The position numbers and the translations under genes were made by a program. Under the pieces are notes generated by a model. It had not been told where the DNA came from, made no database searches, and saw only the letters and a program-made list of their open reading frames with translations. This document shows, one piece after another, positions 25,845-32,000 of a stretch of DNA of 32,000 nt (within the stretch, counting starts at the first letter, position 1; every line of letters begins with the position of its first letter). The DNA comes from Candidatus Saccharimonadota bacterium (GTDB taxonomy: Bacteria; Patescibacteriota; Saccharimonadia; Saccharimonadales; UBA4665), in contig CP065016.1 in NCBI GenBank assembly GCA_016700375.1, positions 1,170,001 to 1,202,000 of the forward strand, written 5' to 3'.

Positions 25845-26471
25845 GTGAAGGGGCTACATTTGGTTCGTACGGTCAGAAAACTCTATAGCTTATGGCTTGC
25901 ACGAGAACTGGTTGCATCGCTCAGGCTGCACGATGATTCACTCGCAGCGTACGTGAAATGGTTTTCGCGTACAAAAACATACCGCGTACATAGTGCAGTA
26001 GATAGGTCAGATATACCGCTTGTCGTAGTGTTGGTGTCTGCCATGATTGGTCAAATAACGGGTGGTGTTTGGCTTTTAACACACTGGTTTGCACAAGGGA
26101 GCGCAGGTGTTTGGGCCTTTGGCGCGGCCCTTCTGCTGGCATATCCGCTCATAACGGCATATGGATTTGCGTTTTTGATGGGACTTTGGCGAGCCACCGC
26201 TTTCATAGCGTCGCCAAAGCGAGCCGGGAAAGCAGTAGTTGCAAGAGTGCTTGAAATGCAAGTCATGCGGCTGCGACGGAGACACCACTTTACGGTGGTT
26301 GCAGTAGCCGGTTCGGTCGGCAAAACATCCACCAAACTTGCGATTGCAGAGCTGCTGGGGACGGGGCTAAGGGTCCGATACCAGAAGGGCAACTACAACG
26401 ACAGGGTGACGGTTCCGCTCGTGTTTTTGGGCAAAATCAGCCCGCTCTATACAACATATTTGCTTGGATGA
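25845..26471 (+). CDS. MurF-like Mur ligase paralog 1, N-terminal fragment (TM domain + P-loop)
   Basis: The GTG at 25845 follows GGGGTGG. Hydrophobic helices IPLVVVLVSAMIGQITGGVWLL and AFGAALLLAYPLITAYGFAFLMGLW. P-loop VAVAGSVGKTST. The fragment ends in a TGA that overlaps the next ATG. Confidence 0.7.
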   Translation: MKGLHLVRTVRKLYSLWLARELVASLRLHDDSLAAYVKWFSRTKTYRVHSAVDRSDIPLVVVLVSAMIGQITGGVWLLTHWFAQGSAGVWAFGAALLLAYPLITAYGFAFLMGLWRATAFIASPKRAGKAVVARVLEMQVMRLRRRHHFTVVAVAGSVGKTSTKLAIAELLGTGLRVRYQKGNYNDRVTVPLVFLGKISPLYTTYLLG

Positions 26472-27469
26472 AAGTGTTTGGTGAAAATGCGGCCGCACTT
26501 GCCCAGCCATATCCGTATGATGTTGTCGTGGTCGAAATTGGTACAGACGGACCGGGCCAGATGAAGCAATTCGCCTATCTGCGCCCAGACATATGTGTTC
26601 TCACCGCAATAACACCCGAGCACATGGAGAATTTTGGCTCCCTCGCTGCGGTTGCAGCAGAAGAAACACAAATTTTTGACTACGCTAAACAGGTACTCGT
26701 TAGTAGCGATGACGTCCCAGCCAGCTATGTGCAAGGCGAAACCTACCTTCGCTACAGTCTCAGCGACAGGAGCGCCGAGAACTATGGGCAAACGACAAAA
26801 TCGAGTTTAAGCGGGCAGGAACTTTCTATGGTGCTTCCTGGGGGAAATCTCACGCTACACATACAGTACCTTGGTGAACAGGGCGCGCGGTGTGCGCTCG
26901 CCGCTGCAGCGGTTGCGGGGTTACTTGGGTTCGATACGGTTGCAATAAAGCAAGGGCTTTCAGAACTTGAGCCCTTTGCGGGGCGAATGCGAGTGTTTGG
27001 CGGCATTAAGAACACGAGCATCATCGATGATACCTACAACGCCTCGCCCGTGGCCGTAAAAGCGGCGCTCGATGTTCTGTACGCGGCCCGGGCATCGCAG
27101 CGTATCGCTGTGCTGGGCAGTATGAATGAAATGGGCGCGTATGCAAAGACGGCTCACCAGGAAGTGGGCGAATACTGTGACGCTCATAAGCTCGACTACG
27201 TTCTGACGCTGGGTGCCGATGCAGCGCGCTGGATAGCTCCGGCTGCGAAAGCGAGGGGTTGCCGGGTACACAGCTTTACCGGGGCCGATGCTTGCGCGGC
27301 GTTTGTCAGAAAGCACCTACAGGAACGTGCGGTGGTGCTCGTGAAGGGTTCGCAAAACGGTGTCTTTGCCGAGGAAGTTGTAAAGCAGCTTCTGGCCCAG
27401 CCCAAAGATGCGGAAAACCTTGTGCGGCAAAGCCCAGCGTGGCTACGCAAAAAGGCAAGACAAGCGTAA
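26468..27469 (+). CDS. MurF-like Mur ligase paralog 1, C-terminal fragment (rest of the central domain + C-terminal domain)
   Basis: VVVVEIGTDGPGQM, LTAITPEHMENFGS, and GRMRVFGG...IIDDTYNASPVAVKAALDVL (the MurF-type DDTYNA-P motif). Confidence 0.8.
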   Translation: MKVFGENAAALAQPYPYDVVVVEIGTDGPGQMKQFAYLRPDICVLTAITPEHMENFGSLAAVAAEETQIFDYAKQVLVSSDDVPASYVQGETYLRYSLSDRSAENYGQTTKSSLSGQELSMVLPGGNLTLHIQYLGEQGARCALAAAAVAGLLGFDTVAIKQGLSELEPFAGRMRVFGGIKNTSIIDDTYNASPVAVKAALDVLYAARASQRIAVLGSMNEMGAYAKTAHQEVGEYCDAHKLDYVLTLGADAARWIAPAAKARGCRVHSFTGADACAAFVRKHLQERAVVLVKGSQNGVFAEEVVKQLLAQPKDAENLVRQSPAWLRKKARQA

Positions 27470-27493
27470 GCCCAGCTGCTACACTAGAAGCAT

Positions 27494-28240
27494 ATGCAGG
27501 TTGTCGTACAGGATATTGTGACGCAATACAAACGCCACGGAAAAGGTAAGGTAATTCTCTTACTCCATGGCTGGGGAGATACAGGGGCTAGCTGGGATAG
27601 CACAGCTCAGTCACTCGCTGCGCAGTACGATGTCGTCGTACCTGACCTTCCGGGTTTTGGGGGGACCAGCCAGCCCAAAGAAGCTTGGAGCCTGAGTGAG
27701 TATGCCGTTTTTGTGCGAGATTTTTTACACAAACTCGGACTTTCGCCGTACGCAATAATTGGCCACTCCAACGGTGGGGCGATTGCGGTTCGAGGAATTG
27801 GCCAGGGTCATTTTACCGCTGAAAAGCTTGTGCTGCTCGCGAGTGCAGGCGTGCGGAGCCCTCGCGCTAGCTATGGCTTGAACGTGATTGCCAAGGTGGG
27901 AAAAATAGTTGCATCACCGCTTCCTCGCCGCGTTCGCAGCAGACTGCGCACGAAATTGTATGCCAAGGCGGGTTCTGACCTACTGGTCGCAGAGCATATG
28001 CAGGAAACCTTTAAACGAATTGTTCGTGACGATGTCAGAGCTGACGCCGCATACATAAGCACGCCAACCTTGCTCGTGTATGGTGACCGCGACGAACAGA
28101 CACCGCTATCAATTGCTCAACAGCTAGAGCAGGCCATAGAAGGCTCTCGGTTGCAGGTTATCCCACATGCCGGGCATTTTCTGTATGTCGATGCGCCTGA
28201 GGAAACACTTCAGTTGGTTCAGGATTTCCTTCATGCATAA
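27494..28240 (+). CDS. Alpha/beta-fold hydrolase
   Basis: An LLLHGWGD oxyanion region, the nucleophile elbow GHSNGG, GDRDEQTP, and the C-terminal catalytic His in HAGHFLYVD. Confidence 0.85.
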   Translation: MQVVVQDIVTQYKRHGKGKVILLLHGWGDTGASWDSTAQSLAAQYDVVVPDLPGFGGTSQPKEAWSLSEYAVFVRDFLHKLGLSPYAIIGHSNGGAIAVRGIGQGHFTAEKLVLLASAGVRSPRASYGLNVIAKVGKIVASPLPRRVRSRLRTKLYAKAGSDLLVAEHMQETFKRIVRDDVRADAAYISTPTLLVYGDRDEQTPLSIAQQLEQAIEGSRLQVIPHAGHFLYVDAPEETLQLVQDFLHA

Positions 28241-29684
28241 GTGGCTCCGTAGCGCCGTGGCACTGTATTCGGTCCCGCGCCTAAGCGCGACACTTGCGTA
28301 CATGCTTCAAAATACCGAATACCAACCGCTGCCATACTTGCGGTGGTTCTGGCGAACGCAAGATTTTTCGCGGGTTATGCACCGTCGGACGCTCGAGCAT
28401 ACTCGGGCGGCACGTCTCATACAGCTGATTATCAGTCTCGGTGTTGTTGGGCACGTTGCGTTCGCTCTGCTCTATATGGGTACGGCCAGAATAAGCCATA
28501 GTCCGGGTGCATTTTGGTACGGTGCGGCCGCGCTTGTTGCATACCCGGTGGTCTGGGCACACATATTAGCTCTTGGGGTGGTCGCGGGTCGAATCTTGGT
28601 AGGTGTGCCACGCGAGCGGAAAAATGCCCAGCAGGCTGCCGAACTATTTCAGGCTCACCCGGGCTTGCGCATAGCCATCGCGGGCAGCTACGGTAAGACC
28701 AGTATGAAGGAGCTGCTAGCAACGGTGCTCCAAGAGGGAAAACGAGTAGCCGCCACACCGGGTAATATGAATGTCATTAGTTCCCATGCGCGCTTTGCCC
28801 ATAGCCTCAGTGGAGAAGAAGAGGTGGTTATCGTTGAATTCGGAGAAGGTCGCCCCGGAGACGTCGCGTTGTTTAGCCGCGTTGTGCAGCCCACTCACGC
28901 TATCATAACGGGGGTCGCACCGGCACACCTGGACCAGTACAAAACCCTTGAGGCGGCCGCAGACGATATATTTTCACTGGCCAGCTTTGTGCCGAGTGAG
29001 CAGCTATATGTCAATGCTGACTCAGACGCAGTCCATAGTTTTCTGCGGCCAGAATTTCGTATCTATAGCCGCAGTACCACACTGGGCTGGCGTATCCAAA
29101 AGCCAACGACAAACCTAGAAGGAACGTCGTTTGAGCTGGTGAAAGGCAAAAAACGCCTAAAGCTGAAAAGCGGTTTAGTTGGTTTGCATATGGTTGGGCC
29201 GCTTGCGTTTGTTGCTGCGTTTGCCTTGCAGCTCGGTCTCAGTGAAAAACAGGTCGTACGCGGTATAGCGAAGACGAAGCCATTTGAGCACCGCATGCAA
29301 CCATACTCGCTTGGCGGAGCGACCATTATCGACGACACCTACAACGGTAATCTAGAGGGCGTGCGGGCGGGAACTGAGCTGCTGAAGCTACTTCCGGCAA
29401 AGCGCAAAATATACGTAACTCCTGGGCTTGTAGACCAGGGTAAAGATTCGCCGTCTATCCACCGCGCTCTTGGCCGTACGATAGCAATGGCCGAGCCAGA
29501 CGTAGTTGTGCTGATGAAAAATTCGGTAACCCAGTACATCGCGGCCGGATTGAGCGACACCGACTTCGCCGGTGAGGTGCGTATAGAAACCGACCCACTT
29601 AGCTTTTACCAGAACCTTTCAAGCTTTACGGCCAAGGGCGACCTTGTCCTTATGCAAAATGATTGGCCAGATAACTACGCATAG
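28233..29684 (+). CDS. MurF-like Mur ligase paralog 2 with an N-terminal transmembrane domain
   Basis: The ATG at 28233 overlaps the hydrolase stop by 8 nt. Hydrophobic helices LIQLIISLGVVGHVAFALLY and FWYGAAALVAYPVVWAHILALGVVAG. P-loop IAGSYGKTSM. Also VIVEFGEGRPGD, ITGVAPAHLDQY, FEHRMQ and IIDDTYNGN. Confidence 0.85.
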   Translation: MHKWLRSAVALYSVPRLSATLAYMLQNTEYQPLPYLRWFWRTQDFSRVMHRRTLEHTRAARLIQLIISLGVVGHVAFALLYMGTARISHSPGAFWYGAAALVAYPVVWAHILALGVVAGRILVGVPRERKNAQQAAELFQAHPGLRIAIAGSYGKTSMKELLATVLQEGKRVAATPGNMNVISSHARFAHSLSGEEEVVIVEFGEGRPGDVALFSRVVQPTHAIITGVAPAHLDQYKTLEAAADDIFSLASFVPSEQLYVNADSDAVHSFLRPEFRIYSRSTTLGWRIQKPTTNLEGTSFELVKGKKRLKLKSGLVGLHMVGPLAFVAAFALQLGLSEKQVVRGIAKTKPFEHRMQPYSLGGATIIDDTYNGNLEGVRAGTELLKLLPAKRKIYVTPGLVDQGKDSPSIHRALGRTIAMAEPDVVVLMKNSVTQYIAAGLSDTDFAGEVRIETDPLSFYQNLSSFTAKGDLVLMQNDWPDNYA

Positions 29685-29701
29685 GAGGGTATACTAGTAT
29701 C

Positions 29702-30886
29702 ATGAAAACAGTCGCAGTCTTTTTCGGAGGCCAATCGGCCGAACACGATGTATCTATTATTACCGCCCTCACAAGCGTAATTGCGCCGCTGGAGTTGGCT
29801 AAAAACTATACGGTCATTCCAGTTTATATCGCCAAAGACGGGCGCTGGTATGTGCATGAAAAGTTAAAAGATATAGCTACCTACCAGAACGGAGCCGTAC
29901 AGGACAAACTATCCCGGGTGAAATCTACAGGGGTAATTTGTGGCAATGGGATGAAACTGCTCATCCCGAGCGGTTTCGGGAAACGCAAAGAAATTACCGT
30001 CGACATTGCATTTCCCGCCATGCACGGTACCCATGGCGAAGACGGCGAACTTATGGGGATGTTTGAGCTTGCAGGCATACCATATGTTGGTTGCGGTGTG
30101 GCGGCCAGTGCGGTTGCCATGGATAAAGTGCTTGCCAAAAAGGTTGCAAGCGCCGAGGGCATATTGACCCCTAGGGGCATATATACCGACTCGGTGCTCA
30201 TTACGAAAAATCCTGCTGCCACGAAGACCATGTGCAAAGGACTCCATTATCCATTGTTTGTGAAGCCAGCGCATCTTGGTTCGAGCATTGGCGTCAGCCG
30301 GGTCAAGAATGAAAAAGAACTGACAAATGCGCTCGAGGTTGCGGCGCACTATGACCCAACAGTCATTGTCGAAGAAGCGGTGCCCAACTTGGTTGAGGTG
30401 ACGCTACCCATTATGGGGCCGCATGCCAATCCGCAGCCTGCTGTGCTTGAACAGCCGCTCACTCGCAACGAAGATTTCTTTGATTTTGAGCGCAAGTATA
30501 TGCACGGTGGCAAAAAAGGCGGCAAACTTGGCACGAAAGCTGGCGGGAAGCCCAGCGTAAAAGGCTCGCAGGGCTATAGCCACATTCCTGCAAACCTGCC
30601 AAAAGACTTGTTCGACGCTGCTGTACAAACAGGCCTAGGGGTGTACCGAGCACTTGGCTGCGACGGTATTGCCCGTGTCGATATGCTAGTCGATACCAAG
30701 GCTAAAAAAGTCTATTTCAACGAAGTAAATCCGCTCCCTGGCAGTCTCTATGCTCACAACTGGCAGCAGGCCGGCGTTAGTCGGGTTGAGCTGGTAGAAA
30801 AACTGATTACGTTTGCGCTTGCTCGACACGCAGAAAAGGCCACGCACACCACCACATTCACTACGAATTTCCTAAAACAGTTCTAA
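29702..30886 (+). CDS. ddl: D-alanine--D-alanine ligase
   Basis: VAVFFGGQSAEHDVSI, MHGTHGEDGELMGMFELAGIPYVG, FVKPAHLGSSIGVS, ARVDMLVD...YFNEVNPLPGS. ATP-grasp Ddl signatures. Confidence 0.93.
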   Translation: MKTVAVFFGGQSAEHDVSIITALTSVIAPLELAKNYTVIPVYIAKDGRWYVHEKLKDIATYQNGAVQDKLSRVKSTGVICGNGMKLLIPSGFGKRKEITVDIAFPAMHGTHGEDGELMGMFELAGIPYVGCGVAASAVAMDKVLAKKVASAEGILTPRGIYTDSVLITKNPAATKTMCKGLHYPLFVKPAHLGSSIGVSRVKNEKELTNALEVAAHYDPTVIVEEAVPNLVEVTLPIMGPHANPQPAVLEQPLTRNEDFFDFERKYMHGGKKGGKLGTKAGGKPSVKGSQGYSHIPANLPKDLFDAAVQTGLGVYRALGCDGIARVDMLVDTKAKKVYFNEVNPLPGSLYAHNWQQAGVSRVELVEKLITFALARHAEKATHTTTFTTNFLKQF

Positions 30887-30937
30887 GCGCCCTCGAGAAG
30901 GTGCGAAATTGACCCACCCCTGATATACTAGAGGTCT

Positions 30938-32000
30938 ATGAAACGCTACAATCCGAAAGAAATCGAACCAAAGTGGCAAAGTGAGTGGGACAAAGAGCAG
31001 GTCTACAAAGCCGACCTAAACTCCACGAAGCCCAAATACATCGCAATGAGCATGTTCAACTACCCCAGCGGGGCGGGTATACACATTGGCCATGCCATGA
31101 ACTACACCATCAGCGACGTCATGGCCCGGTTCAAGCGCCAGCAGGGCTTTGAAAGCTACCACCCCGTAGGTTGGGATGCATTTGGCCTTCCTGCCGAAAA
31201 CTATGCCATTAAAGCTGGTGTGTCGCCGCAGCAGAGTATGGCGAAGATTATCCCAAGCTACCACACCCAGTACAAAGCCATGGGCTGGAGTAACGACTGG
31301 AGCAAAGAAATCAACACGCACCTGCCGGAATATTACCGCTGGACGCAGTGGATTTTCTGGAAGATGTACGAGCAGGGCATGGCGTACCAAGATGCTCGCA
31401 TGCAGTGGTGGTGCACCAGGTGCCAAACGGTGCTGGCAAACGAACAGGTCTTGGACGGCAAATGCTGGCGGCACGACGCAGCCGATGACCCAGATGTGCA
31501 AAAACGCGAAGTAAAACAGTGGTTTTTCCGCATAACCGACTATGCCGATGAACTGCTTCAGGCCACCCACGACCTCGACTGGTCAGACGTGGTCAAAACC
31601 GCCCAGGTAAACTGGATAGGTAAAAGCGAAGGCGCGAACGTCCGGTTTGTGGTAGAGGGCCATGGGGCCAAAGATGAGTTTGTCGAGGTATTCACAACGG
31701 CTCATGATACGATATTTGGCACTACATTTATGGTACTGGCACCGGAGCACCCACTGGTAGCACATTACGGACAGCTTGCAGATAACGCAGTGGACATAGA
31801 GGAATACATTGCGGGAGTCAATCGCAAGTCCGAACTTGAGCGTTTGGCAGATAAGACCAAATCTGGCGTACCTATCGAAGGTCTGTATGCGATAAATCCT
31901 CTAAATGGAGCAAAGATTCCTATCTGGACCGCTGACTATGTGCTTATGGGCTATGGAACTGGTGCCGTTATGGGTGTACCAGGCGAAGACGAGCGAGATA
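30938..32000 (+). CDS. leuS: Leucine--tRNA ligase, 3'-truncated by the window edge
   Basis: This ORF is not in the supplied track because it runs off the window. My own translation from the ATG at 30938 (preceded by GAGG) has no stop to nt 32000. It reads MKRYNPKEIEPKWQSEW..., with YPSGAGIHIGH (HIGH motif), VGWDAFGLPAEN, VNWIGKSEGA, VFTTAHDTIFG and VMGVPGEDERD. Confidence 0.95.
   Translation, partial: MKRYNPKEIEPKWQSEWDKEQVYKADLNSTKPKYIAMSMFNYPSGAGIHIGHAMNYTISDVMARFKRQQGFESYHPVGWDAFGLPAENYAIKAGVSPQQSMAKIIPSYHTQYKAMGWSNDWSKEINTHLPEYYRWTQWIFWKMYEQGMAYQDARMQWWCTRCQTVLANEQVLDGKCWRHDAADDPDVQKREVKQWFFRITDYADELLQATHDLDWSDVVKTAQVNWIGKSEGANVRFVVEGHGAKDEFVEVFTTAHDTIFGTTFMVLAPEHPLVAHYGQLADNAVDIEEYIAGVNRKSELERLADKTKSGVPIEGLYAINPLNGAKIPIWTADYVLMGYGTGAVMGVPGEDERD

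Noticed and set aside
28167-28232. An upstream extension of MurF-like paralog 2 (MPGIFCMSMRLRKHFSWFRISF).
   Set aside because: It lies inside the well-supported C-terminus of the alpha/beta hydrolase. The ATG at 28233 gives the N-terminus that is paralogous to the first ligase.

Overview
The window is about 50% GC bacterial chromosome and is densely coding. Its content is a glycolysis/fermentation core, an LPXTG surface protein, a DUF348/G5 wall hydrolase, low-complexity membrane-anchored hypotheticals and tRNAs with encoded CCA. By inference only, this fits a reduced-genome, Gram-positive-type organism, probably Saccharibacteria/Patescibacteria-like. Left to right: a 5'-truncated PKD/DUF11/LPNTG surface protein; tRNA-Glu(UUC) followed by an interrupted duplicate of its own 3' end; a glycolytic block (eno, a D-lactate-dehydrogenase::dPGM fusion ORF, ppsA, pyk, pgk, tpiA) with AAATTCC/GGAATTT heptamer arrays in three of its intergenic regions; two orphan hypotheticals; a PcrA/UvrD helicase with a 354-aa intein in motif III; a DUF348/G5 wall hydrolase; rsmA; and an MFS transporter whose 3' end was hit by an IS1595-family element. 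An IS481-family element then inserted beside that IS, and the target-site duplications give the order of the two events. Next come ssrA (tmRNA, with a non-canonical T-loop), three small ORFs, tRNA-Ala(GGC) and a membrane-anchored hypothetical. The window ends with the module I rate most interesting: two paralogous MurF-like ligases with N-terminal transmembrane domains (the first split by a frameshift) bracketing an alpha/beta hydrolase, followed by ddl and the 5' part of leuS. I saw no CRISPR array, rRNA or obvious defence system.
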